Shown here: positions 55,101 through 64,000 of the stretch, piece after piece
How the letters are laid out: each line of letters starts with the position of its first letter
Numbering within the stretch: the first letter of the stretch is position 1
Assembly (NCBI GenBank): GCA_050951585.1
Contig: JBMNJI010000002.1
Coordinates: 2,773-66,772, forward strand
Reading direction: 5' to 3'
From: Peptococcia bacterium
GTDB lineage: Bacteria > Bacillota > Peptococcia > DRI-13 > DTU073
DNA length: 64,000 nt
Notes under the pieces: model-generated
What the model was told of the DNA's origin: nothing
Seen by the model: only the letters and a program-made list of their open reading frames with translations
Databases searched by the model: none
Translations under genes and position numbers: made by a program

Positions 55101-56538
55101 CTATCGCCCGACCATGCCTAATTTGTTCACCAGGACGTCCATCATTTCATCCATCACGTTAATGACCCGCGCCGCCGCCGTATAAGCGTGCTGATATCTA
55201 ATCATATTGGTCATTTCCTCGTCAAGGGAAACGCCGGAGATGGCATCCCGCCGGTTGTTCAACTGTTCAATGATGTAGGTCTTGTTTTCCAGCATCTGGC
55301 TGGTTTCCTGCCCCTGCACCCCCAAGCTGACCGATTAACGACGTATAGTAATCATCAAAGGAAGCCGTACCGCCATTGAGGGTTAATTTATTCTTTAATT
55401 GGGCAATCGCGGTGGCATTGGTATTATCACCGTCAAAAACATCCGGATCATCTGTCCCCGCTGTGGCAATGAGATTAACATCGGCCTCAATGTCCGGATT
55501 AACCCGGATATTTCCCGCACTAAAATCAGTGGATAAATCGGAAATGACAAAAAAGTCACGTCCGGTGCTTTTATCCAGGGCGAATCCCGCCCGGTGCAAG
55601 GTATTAACCTCTTCCGCAATGGTCCTCGCCAGGGTGGAAATCTTCTCCCGATAACTGGGAATCACCTCATCCCGCATATCCATGTAGCCCTTTAAGGCCC
55701 CGCCAAATAAATTTACCGGCCCCTGGGGGACATTTTTGGTGGGTTCATACCATTCCAGCGTGGCCGTTTCCGGACGAAGGGGATCCTTATTGATAAAGCG
55801 GATTTCCCCTAAGACTGACCGGGAAACCAGAATTTTCCCTCCGACAGTGATGTTTACCGCGCCAAACTCATCTTCTACCACATCGATGGCGATATTCTTC
55901 GCCAGCTCTTCGACCAGCGCATCACGTTTATCGCGCAAATCATTGGCGGTTTTCACCCCGCCACTTTCCGCCTTAATGATCTGGATATTAAGATCACGGA
56001 TCTGACGGGCCTGCGTATTGATTTCCTCAACCTTTAAGCTGATTCCTTTGTTAATATCCATCTGCAGTTCCACAAACTGCGCATCCATGTGATTAAAAGT
56101 ATTCGCCAGGGTAACCCCTCTTTGCATCACATTGGTTCGGGCGGACGGGCTTTCCGGATTACGGGAAAGGGTCTGCCAGGATTCCCAGTACTGATCAAGC
56201 ACTGAACGCAGGCTGGATTCAGATGGCTCATTAAAGATCACTTCCAGCTTGCTGATGAGATTGTCCCGGGTTTCCCATTCACCCAAAGCTTTATTCTCCG
56301 TACGCATCTGAATATCCAGAAATTCGTCCCTGATCCGTCGGAAATCGGTAATCGTCACGCCTGTGCCGATAAAACCGTTGATAACCTCTTCCGCGGGACT
56401 GGCTTCCATTACCACACCCTGCCGGGTATAGCCGGGGGTATTGGCATTGGCAATATTATGGCTTGTGACATCTAAAGCCCTCTGCTGGGCGGCTAAAGCC
56501 CTGTACCCTATGCTGAGGCCAAAAAATGTAGACCGCAT
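55101..56538 (-). CDS. flgK: Hook-associated protein FlgK (one +1 G frameshift at 55319-55323)
   Basis: HNIANANTPGYTRQ, NDLRDKRD, SGVSLDEEM; removing one G from a G5 run joins the two ORFs. Confidence 0.92.
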
Positions 56539-56631
56539 TCTATCATCACTCCCTATCCTCGAACCCCAAATATTGAATCTTGAATCTATCTTGAATCTAT
56601 GCTCATTATTTTCTAACCTTGAACCTGGAAG

Positions 56632-57131
56632 CTACACCTTCTTATCCAGAAAATTAGTCAGACTTTCCACCTTTACCTCTTTATCGGCATTATAAAGGGG
56701 CTTCGATTGCTGACTCAAAACATCCACGGTAAAATTAACAAATTGAATCGACTGCTCCAGCAACTGGGTATTTTCCTGATTAAATCTCCGCAAATCTTTC
56801 AGACACGCGGAAAGATTCCCATGGACCCTCTCCAGCAAAGAGCGGGACGGTTCATCAACACGCGGCAGAAAATTCAGCCAGCGTCGACTCCGGTCCCACG
56901 CCATAATCTTGCGCTAAAGCAGTAAAACAATGCTCTCGTTTTTCTTCTAATTTGCCGGCCTGTAAGACCAGCCCTTCTTCCTGAACGGTAATCTCCTGCC
57001 AAAGCGGCAATATCCCCTTTGATTAAGATCTTCTGCTTCTGCCGGGCTAACTCCAGCAACTCCTCATAAATCTTCTCCTGTTCCTCTAAAATACTGATTA
57101 ATGTCTCGACTGCGTCTTTTCTGGCTTCCAT
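56632..57131 (-). CDS. flgN: Flagellar chaperone FlgN (two apparent +1 insertions near 56999 and 56870)
   Basis: LEEQ..IYEELLELA..KQ.IL.KGD..AL and NQEN..LLEQS..FV; frame restored by deleting one G and one T. Confidence 0.8.
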
Positions 57132-57154
57132 TTTTTCACCCCTTCAAACTATTT

Positions 57155-57452
57155 TCATCCTTTGAATTCGGTGAGATCCCAGATTTTTTCCACCAGCTCT
57201 TCATTCTTCACCGCATAACTGCCCACCTTAATCGCAGCTCTTTAATTCCTCCAGCTTTTTCTCCTGCGCCTCGGAGGTTTCCGGTAACTGTTGCAGGGCT
57301 TTAAAGGCTGTGCCGTAGAACCTTGCTTCACTGGAGATATTTACGGCATCATATTTGGCCGCTTCATTGCCCTTCTCCACGGCCTTTCCTTTGTTTTGCT
57401 GATTATATGCTTTTGTGATTCCCGAAACAGGCTGATTGGTGACCCGCATCAT
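57155..57452 (-). CDS. flgM: Anti-sigma-28 factor FlgM (one apparent +1 insertion near 57239)
   Basis: DAVNISSEA; corrected C-terminus KLEELKAAIKVGSYAVKNEELVEKIW matches FlgM; SigD-like promoter at about 57498-57525. Confidence 0.85.
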
Positions 57453-57675
57453 CCTCACCTCATCCCCTCTCACTGAATAAAAATATACCTATCATTTATA
57501 TCGGATAGGTATAACATTTTATTAATAGCTTATTTCGGCCGTTCTCGGCCCTCTGGGGCTATTTGTGCTCGTTTTTCTCTCGTTTTTCTGCCCATCTCTA
57601 CCTACTTCCTTTCTCCTTCTCCTGCTGCTTAATCCCTGCCACAAGCCGGCGGAATGCATCCGCGGACTGTTCTTT

Positions 57676-58065
57676 TTATACTCTCTCTTCCTTCTTTTTC
57701 TGCAACTCGGAAATGGCCTTATCATTTTCCTCCCGGATGACCTTTTTTATTCCGGAAGTAAGTTTTTCCTGACAAGCAAGGCAATAGCGGCCGCTATTGA
57801 TCGTGATTCCGCAAAGTTCGCATTGTAATTTGGCCTGCAGCATTCCCTGGGTTGAAAAACGCCCCTCTTTCAAATAGCGTAAGATTTTATCCTCGGCAAT
57901 CCCTGTTTTCTCGCTGACTTCCGCAATTCCCACGCCGGGGTTTTCCGCAATATACTTACGCACAATTTTATAGTTTTCTTCATCAAGCTTTTGGCACGCC
58001 GGACAAAGATTTGTCCGAAGATATGTGAATACCTGACCGCATTGAGGGCAGTTTCTCAGTTTCAT
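57676..58065 (-). CDS. yvyF: YvyF-like flagellar operon zinc-finger protein
   Basis: LRNCPQCG, CPAC, CELCG..I.SGRYC..C; between comFC and flgM; end possibly frameshifted. Confidence 0.85.
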   Translation of the reverse strand: MKLRNCPQCGQVFTYLRTNLCPACQKLDEENYKIVRKYIAENPGVGIAEVSEKTGIAEDKILRYLKEGRFSTQGMLQAKLQCELCGITINSGRYCLACQEKLTSGIKKVIREENDKAISELQKKKEERV

Positions 58066-58131
58066 CGTTCTTCGCTCCTTTACATAGGGTTCTCGCCCAT
58101 TTCCGCTTCGACTTCTCTAATCTCAATTCTC

Positions 58132-58917
58132 CTATCTATATTCTCCATGATAAAAATTATTTCCTGCCAGTCTCTTCATCATTTTGATACTAAATCCGGC
58201 CGCCCAGGCAATCCCGTAAATTCTCTGCACTCCGTTTGTCTCCAACGCGTTCGCGCAGGATAATAAGGTGGCGCCGGTCGTAATGATGTCATCAACCAAT
58301 AACACACTTGCGGCCGCTTGCCTTTGCTTGCCCGCAAATTCAAAAGCACCGGCCAGATTCTCCATCCGTTCTTTACGCCCTAACACCGTCTGCGTATGAT
58401 GGAAATGGCTCCTTTCCAGCGCTTCCTTCCAGATTGGTTTGTGCAATTCCTCGGCAATCACCTTCGCCAGCAACAAACTTTGGTTAAAGCCCCGTTCCGC
58501 TTCTCTGCCGATATAGAGCGGCACAGGGACTATGGCTTCAATGGCCCCTTCGATTCCCAGCTCTCTTACCCGGCAAGCCATTAAATACCCTATAGGCAGG
58601 GCATTTTCTTTCTTCTTATTATATTTAAGCTCGTGAATCATTTCGCGAAAGATGCCGTCATAAGGGACGACACTACCGACCTTTAACTCCGAATTCCCCC
58701 AATACCGACAATTAGGGCAGGCTTCCCCTGCGGTAAAAAAGCCGCAGCGGGGACACACCTCTTCTGTTCTCGCAATCGTCATAACACGGGAGACGCATTG
58801 CTGACAGACGCCCTTCTGCTTCACTTCATTCTCTTTTTTTCCGCAAATCGGGCAGATTGTATTTTCCGGAAAAACCATCCCTAATACCGAATCCGACCAG
58901 TCCCGCAAACGACCCAT
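58132..58917 (-). CDS. comFC: ComF family protein (double zinc ribbon + PRTase)
   Basis: CPIC/CQQC/CPRC/CPNC, VPVPL, ERGFNQS, LVDDIITTGATL. Confidence 0.93.
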   Translation of the reverse strand: MGRLRDWSDSVLGMVFPENTICPICGKKENEVKQKGVCQQCVSRVMTIARTEEVCPRCGFFTAGEACPNCRYWGNSELKVGSVVPYDGIFREMIHELKYNKKKENALPIGYLMACRVRELGIEGAIEAIVPVPLYIGREAERGFNQSLLLAKVIAEELHKPIWKEALERSHFHHTQTVLGRKERMENLAGAFEFAGKQRQAAASVLLVDDIITTGATLLSCANALETNGVQRIYGIAWAAGFSIKMMKRLAGNNFYHGEYR

Positions 58918-59175
58918 CCGCGCACCTCCCCCTTATCTTCAAAACCCGCCTTTACCAATTTCCCTTGCTATCTTTTTCCTGTCCTTCTTAAATAGTATGC
59001 ACTCATATAATAAATATTCTCCCTTCTGCGTATTTTCCCTCTTTTTCGGAAAATTAATATGCAATAACAAAAATTCTTCTAACATGAAAAGCCGCCCCCT
59101 AATCAAGAAATGATTCTGAGGCGGCCGGCAAGAGCAGGCCTAGCTGATTATTCCCTGCAGTTTTGTTTATTTCGC

Positions 59176-59919
59176 CTAAATCTGCGCTAACTGTTCATAT
59201 AAATAATCGTTCAGCACCTTAATATATGTCCCTTTCATCCCCAGCGAACGGGCATCAATCACCCCGGCGCTTTCCAGCTTCCGCAAGGCATTGACAATGA
59301 CCGAACGGGTCAGCTTGTATTCTTCCGCCAGCTTGCTCGCCACCAGAAAACCTTCCGAGCCTTCAATTTCATTAAAAATGTACTTTACTGCCTCTAATTC
59401 AGAATAGGAAAGGACCTCTAAAGCCAACTGCACAACGGTTTTCTTCCGCACCTCATTTTCCATGCGCTCATTGGCATTGCGCAAAATCTGCATTCCCGCC
59501 ACGCTGGCCCCGTATTCCGCCAAAATAATCTCCGCCGGTGTGTAGGCTTTCTTCTCCCGCGCATACACGACGGTACCCAGCCTTTCCGTACTGCTGAAGA
59601 CCGGCGCCAGGATGCAGTAATAGTCTGTGTCTTTGGGAACGAGATTTACTTCGGTATGCGTAAATCCGAACATCCACTGCAGACTTTTCTCGCCAAACTG
59701 CCCATCCTTCAGCTCTTCCAGCGGAAACAAACCGCCCCGGATCGTCATAATCTCCGTCCTGCCAAGCAATTTTCCGCTTTTGCTGATCAGATAAATACTT
59801 GACTCCGTAATCTTCGACAGTTCCTCGGCAATCATGTTGTAATCCAGAGTTTGTCCTGCTGACTTTTGTAACAGCTGATGCAATACCCGCGTCTTCTCTA
59901 ACAACAACTGCATTTCCAC
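59176..59919 (-). CDS. codY: CodY-family transcriptional regulator (divergent, possibly a paralogue)
   Basis: LLEKTR...LLQK, LSYSELEAV, TRSVIVNALRKLESAGVI..RSLGMKGTYIKVLN. Confidence 0.9.
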   Translation of the reverse strand: MEMQLLLEKTRVLHQLLQKSAGQTLDYNMIAEELSKITESSIYLISKSGKLLGRTEIMTIRGGLFPLEELKDGQFGEKSLQWMFGFTHTEVNLVPKDTDYYCILAPVFSSTERLGTVVYAREKKAYTPAEIILAEYGASVAGMQILRNANERMENEVRKKTVVQLALEVLSYSELEAVKYIFNEIEGSEGFLVASKLAEEYKLTRSVIVNALRKLESAGVIDARSLGMKGTYIKVLNDYLYEQLAQI

Positions 59920-59986
59920 AATAAATTCCTCCTATTGGCAATTTTATTATTCGTTGTTGTTAGTAGTATTTCCACCATTTAGTAAT

Positions 59987-60364
59987 TTATACTTCAGTTG
60001 TTATATTTTGTATAAATAATTGTTCCCCTTTCTGCAGCTTTTTCTTTTTAACTGTACCCGCGGGCAATTCCAGCACTTGACAGGCCTCTTTTACCAAAGG
60101 CGACATTTTGCCGGGCACCATCTCCGGCAGGATTTCCACAATCGTCCCCGCTGCATCTAAAAAAAGCACATCAATGGCAAAGGACATCAGAAACGTATGC
60201 ACCTGACGGCAGGGGATCAGCAACAGCCCTTCCCCCTCCTTTAATTCTTTCCGCAATAATAGGCCCTTTAAACGACGAAAAAAATCGGCGGCAAGCCAAA
60301 TCTGCCCCCCGATTAATTCTTCCTGCCGATAAATCTGTACCGGCTGTCCGTACCTACGAACCAT
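59987..60364 (-). CDS. DUF192 family protein
   Basis: ADFFRRLKGLL, VHTFLM.FAIDVLFLD, VLELPAG. Confidence 0.88.
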   Translation of the reverse strand: MVRRYGQPVQIYRQEELIGGQIWLAADFFRRLKGLLLRKELKEGEGLLLIPCRQVHTFLMSFAIDVLFLDAAGTIVEILPEMVPGKMSPLVKEACQVLELPAGTVKKKKLQKGEQLFIQNITTEV

Positions 60365-60403
60365 CTTTCTGCCTCCTTATTGGATATTCACTGATCCTGA
60401 TAA

Positions 60404-61330
60404 TCACATGCCTGTAAATGTCTTCATGATATTGATCAAAGCCGGTCCCAATAAGACGATAAAAATGGTGGGAAAGATAAACAGCACCAACGGGATCAGC
60501 ATTTTGATCGGTGCTTTCATCGCTTTTTCCTCAACACGCTGACGCTTCTTTTGCCGGATTTGCTGAGCCTGCGTCCGAATAACCTTGCTAATGGATACGC
60601 CCAATTGATCAGCCTGAATCATGGACCCGATAAATGTAAGCAGGTCTTCCACGCCCGTCCGTTCCCCCAGGTCCTTCAACGCCTGGCGGCGCGATTTTCC
60701 CATTTGAATCTCCTTCAGCGTTTTCCGTAATTCCTCACTTAAAACCCCGGTTGACTTTTCGACCACCCGGGAAACAGCGGAATCAAAACCCAGCCCGGCA
60801 TCGACGCTGACGGTCAATAAATCCAATACTTCCGGCAGTTCTCGCTGAATTGCTTCCTGCCTTGTTCTGATGCGGAAGGTTAGATAGTATTTTCCCGAGA
60901 GCGCACTGCATATTCCCCCCATCATCAGCAACAAAAGCTGAATAATGAGTCCCTTGTGCATGAGAGAAGCAAAAGCCCATCCCCCCAAGGCCAGAAGGAT
61001 GATCAGGGAAAACTGCAGGGCCTGAAATTCATGCGCCTGCAAATTTCCCGGGTTGCCGGCAAACTGGAGCATTTGCTGTAGCTTATCCCGGTTTTTGGCC
61101 GGAAGAAAACGGGCCGTTGCCTGGGAAGCCATTGCCAAAAGCGGCTTGATTACTCTTTCGGAGAAAGGGAGGCTTAGTTCGTCATCTTCGTCATTAACGC
61201 GGGCGGATTGGTTACGCACAAGCTTCTGCAGACGGGCTAAGAAAACCATCCTGGGCCGCAGTTTGCTTTGCAAAAACGCCAACGCCACAGCTGTCGAAAA
61301 GAAAAAGGAACATATTACTACCTCCGTCAT
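60404..61330 (-). CDS. tadC: Tad pilus assembly platform protein TadC (T2SSF)
   Basis: LPEVLDLL.VSV.AGLGFD, EEKAMKAPIKML.PLVLFIFP. Confidence 0.92.
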   Translation of the reverse strand: MTEVVICSFFFSTAVALAFLQSKLRPRMVFLARLQKLVRNQSARVNDEDDELSLPFSERVIKPLLAMASQATARFLPAKNRDKLQQMLQFAGNPGNLQAHEFQALQFSLIILLALGGWAFASLMHKGLIIQLLLLMMGGICSALSGKYYLTFRIRTRQEAIQRELPEVLDLLTVSVDAGLGFDSAVSRVVEKSTGVLSEELRKTLKEIQMGKSRRQALKDLGERTGVEDLLTFIGSMIQADQLGVSISKVIRTQAQQIRQKKRQRVEEKAMKAPIKMLIPLVLFIFPTIFIVLLGPALINIMKTFTGM

Positions 61331-61419
61331 CGCTTTCCCTCCTCCGGAACATACTCCCTGAAAATTTTCCTGCGTATCCTCTATTTTCATCCTAAAATTC
61401 CATGTGCGAATATTGCTTG

Positions 61420-62409
61420 CTAAAACTCAATTGCGGTGGCCTTTTTGATTAGCAGCACCCCGACAATCTCCGAAACAACCGAGCCTGCCAGCATGCCAAC
61501 CCCCAGTGTCGAATGAAACAAGGGGTTTAAATAGTCCGGATTGATCACGAGCATCACCGCAATTAAAAAAAGGGGAATCAGCCCGATGACCATCCCGGAA
61601 ATTCTTCCCTGGGCGGTTAACGTTTTTATTTCGCCCTGAATGCGGATCCGGTCCCGAATGGTATCGGAGATATTATCCATTATTTCCGCCAGGTTTCCGC
61701 CGATTTGCCGTTGAATCAGAACCGCCGTAATAATAAGGCTCAGGTCCTTGCTGGCGATCCTGTTCCCCATATTATTCAAGGCATCCTCTGTCGTTGTACC
61801 GAGATTGACCTCCCGAAAAGTCCGGGCAAACTCCTTGCCCAGCGGATTGGGCATTTCTCTGCTTACGAGCTCAATGGCCTGGATAAAACTATAGCCCGCC
61901 CGCAAGGAATTAGAGATAACCGAAAGGGCATCCACCAACTGAAGATTGAATTTCTTGATTTTCTGTTCCTGCGCTTTTTTCACCAAAAAGGGCGGTAAGA
62001 CAGCCCCCAGCAGACTGAATACAATACCGACCAGCCCATTCCCTGACACCACGGTCACAAGCACGCCGGGAAGTAAACAGCATAAAAACCAGATGAAAAG
62101 AAACTCTTCACCCCGCAAGGGAATATCCGCCTGCAGCATTTTCTCTTCCAGCGGTTTGATAATCCCCTTTTTTTCTAATACTTTTCCAGTGGCGGTAAGC
62201 ATTCTTTTCAAGCCGGAGGCCGTAGGCTTCCTGCGCTCATTTTCTCCGTAGCTGTCACCTTCCAACCGGCTTCCATCACTGCCCAGCCCCTGTAATTTCA
62301 TCATCCTGAGCTGAACGGCACTTTTCCGTTTGGTCAGCAAGTGACTGATGCTGATAATGCTTAAGGACACTGCCAAAAAGCCTGTGAGGCAAATGATGCT
62401 GATTGCCAT
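61420..62409 (-). CDS. tadB: Tad pilus assembly platform protein TadB (T2SSF)
   Basis: QL.DAL..I.NSLRAGYS, QRQIGGNLAEI, TAQGRISG. Confidence 0.92.
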   Translation of the reverse strand: MAISIICLTGFLAVSLSIISISHLLTKRKSAVQLRMMKLQGLGSDGSRLEGDSYGENERRKPTASGLKRMLTATGKVLEKKGIIKPLEEKMLQADIPLRGEEFLFIWFLCCLLPGVLVTVVSGNGLVGIVFSLLGAVLPPFLVKKAQEQKIKKFNLQLVDALSVISNSLRAGYSFIQAIELVSREMPNPLGKEFARTFREVNLGTTTEDALNNMGNRIASKDLSLIITAVLIQRQIGGNLAEIMDNISDTIRDRIRIQGEIKTLTAQGRISGMVIGLIPLFLIAVMLVINPDYLNPLFHSTLGVGMLAGSVVSEIVGVLLIKKATAIEF

Positions 62410-62435
62410 CCTCTCCCACAGCCTCCTTCTTCTCT

Positions 62436-63800
62436 TTAGAAATTATTCTGGAAGACATCGTTGGGTAAATGAATGCCGGCGGCCGTCAGCTTGTCCAAAA
62501 ACCTTGGTCTGATGCCCGTGGCCCGAAAATTACCCTTTACCTTGTTCCGTTCATCCATCCCGATCGCTTCAAACACAAAAAGATCCTGCAGGATAACCGT
62601 ATCTCCTTCCATCCCCAAAACCTCGGTAAGATGCGTAATCTTCCGACTGCCGTCACGCAAACGTGCCTGCTGTACCACGAGGTCGAAAGCGGCAGACATC
62701 TGCTCGCGGATTGCTTTGATCGGTAGCTCCATCCCGGCCATCATCACCATCGTTTCGAGGCGGGCAAGGATATCCCGCGGCGAGTTGGCGTGCCCGGTGG
62801 TCAAAGAACCGTCATGCCCTGTATTCATAGCCTGCAGCATGTCCAGGGCTTCCCCGGAACGGACTTCCCCCACGATAATCCTTTCGGGGCGCATTCTTAA
62901 AGCATTACGAACCAGATCCCGAATCGTAATGGCGCCTTTCCCTTCAATATTGGGCGGCCGGCTTTCCAGCGTGATGACATGCTCCTGATTCAACTGCAAT
63001 TCGGCGGCATCCTCAATCGTGACAATCCGCTCATTGGCGGGGATAAAGGAGGAAAGCACATTCAGGGTGCTTGTTTTACCACTGCCGGTACCCCCGGAAA
63101 TAATGATATTTAATCTCGCCTTCACACAAGCCTCCAGAAAAGTAGCCATCTGGGGCGTTAAAGTCCCGAAACGGATCAGATCTTGAATCGTTAAAGGGTC
63201 CCGGGAAAACTTCCGAATCGTAAGCACCGGTCCAATCAAAGAAAGGGGAGGAATAATCGCATTTACCCGGGAGCCGTCCGGAAGACGGGCATCAACCATC
63301 GGCATCGATTCATCAATTCTCCGCCCTAACGGCGAAACAATCTTATCAATAATATGTAAGACGTGCTCTTCGTCGCGAAAAACCACGCCGGTTTTTTCGA
63401 TTTTCCCTTTCCGTTCCACAAAGACCTGCTGCGGACCGTTCACCATAATTTCGGATACTTCCGGATCGCGGATCAGCGGCTCGATAGGGCCGAATCCCAC
63501 CACCTCGTCCATAATCTCCGTCACGATTTTCTGCCGCTCCAGCCGCGGTAATTCCGTAGCCTCACGTTGCACAATGCTGTTAATCAGTTCCTCCACCCGG
63601 ATGCTTAATTGCTCCTCCTGCTCGGCCAGTCCTCCCTGCTGTCCGGCAAACTCCTCATCCAGTGTTTCGATGACTTCTTTATGCACCCGCAGCTTAAATT
63701 CGCGGTAAGGGTCCCCTTGAAACTGCTGTTTCTTCGGTTCTTTCCCCGCATGCCTTTCCTGAACCTCTTTTCCTTTTTCCAGACGCTGCAATAAAGACAT
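62436..63800 (-). CDS. cpaF: Tad/Flp pilus assembly ATPase CpaF/TadA
   Basis: GGTGSGKT, TIEDAAEL, LRMRPERIIVGEVR, AMNTGHDGS. Confidence 0.96.
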   Translation of the reverse strand: MSLLQRLEKGKEVQERHAGKEPKKQQFQGDPYREFKLRVHKEVIETLDEEFAGQQGGLAEQEEQLSIRVEELINSIVQREATELPRLERQKIVTEIMDEVVGFGPIEPLIRDPEVSEIMVNGPQQVFVERKGKIEKTGVVFRDEEHVLHIIDKIVSPLGRRIDESMPMVDARLPDGSRVNAIIPPLSLIGPVLTIRKFSRDPLTIQDLIRFGTLTPQMATFLEACVKARLNIIISGGTGSGKTSTLNVLSSFIPANERIVTIEDAAELQLNQEHVITLESRPPNIEGKGAITIRDLVRNALRMRPERIIVGEVRSGEALDMLQAMNTGHDGSLTTGHANSPRDILARLETMVMMAGMELPIKAIREQMSAAFDLVVQQARLRDGSRKITHLTEVLGMEGDTVILQDLFVFEAIGMDERNKVKGNFRATGIRPRFLDKLTAAGIHLPNDVFQNNF

Positions 63801-63831
63801 CTTACCTCACCCCATTTATCGCTGCTATTTG

Positions 63832-64000
63832 CTATTTAAATAACCGTCCGAATATTTTTTTATCACGTTTCGCTTTTAAGGCTTTCTGCCCGCCTTTATC
63901 GGCAGTAACCATGTCAGCAATCTTTTGTAAAGCCAGACTTGCCTTCCCCAGAGGATTGGAAATAGTAAAAGGAATCCCTTCATTCAAGGCGGGGACCACA
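63832..64000 (-). CDS. C-terminus of a CpaE/TadZ-like MinD-family ATPase (partial)
   Basis: Manual translation VVPALNEGIPFTISNPLGKASLALQKIA...KKIFGRLFK*; directly upstream of cpaF. Confidence 0.75.
   Translation of the reverse strand, partial: VVPALNEGIPFTISNPLGKASLALQKIADMVTADKGGQKALKAKRDKKIFGRLFK

Overview
A 64 kb stretch of mostly core chromosome from an endospore-forming, flagellated anaerobic Firmicute (Clostridia, Peptococcaceae-like gene order; inference). Almost every gene lies on the minus strand. Left to right: rnr (partial), a gerKA-KC-KB(+D) germinant receptor operon with a SigG-type promoter, an HD protein, an AT-rich lone dynamin-like GTPase, a K+-dependent membrane pyrophosphatase, secG, cggR-gap-pgk-tpi-gpmI-eno with a recognisable CggR operator, rpoN, a ferredoxin missed by the ORF track, rapZ-yvcK-whiA, uvrB/A/C, an AT-rich plus-strand Phd/HicB + HicA-like toxin-antitoxin pair, minJ-like/ctpB/M23/ftsEX, split transketolase, secA-prfB (programmed frameshift), hpf, csp, an amino acid ABC transporter, a DnaA-box cluster, the late flagellar cluster, comFC, a divergent stand-alone CodY and the end of a Tad pilus cluster. 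The best leads are the Phd-HicB/HicA-like module with a tandem operator array and no GSH histidine, the CodY homologue with a shortened ligand-binding loop between Tad and comFC, the solo dynamin, and a candidate structured sRNA before ftsE. Frameshifts in flagellin, flgK, flgN, flgM, yvyF and minJ look mostly like assembly indels and need read-level checking. No tRNA, rRNA, CRISPR array, integrase or transposase was seen.
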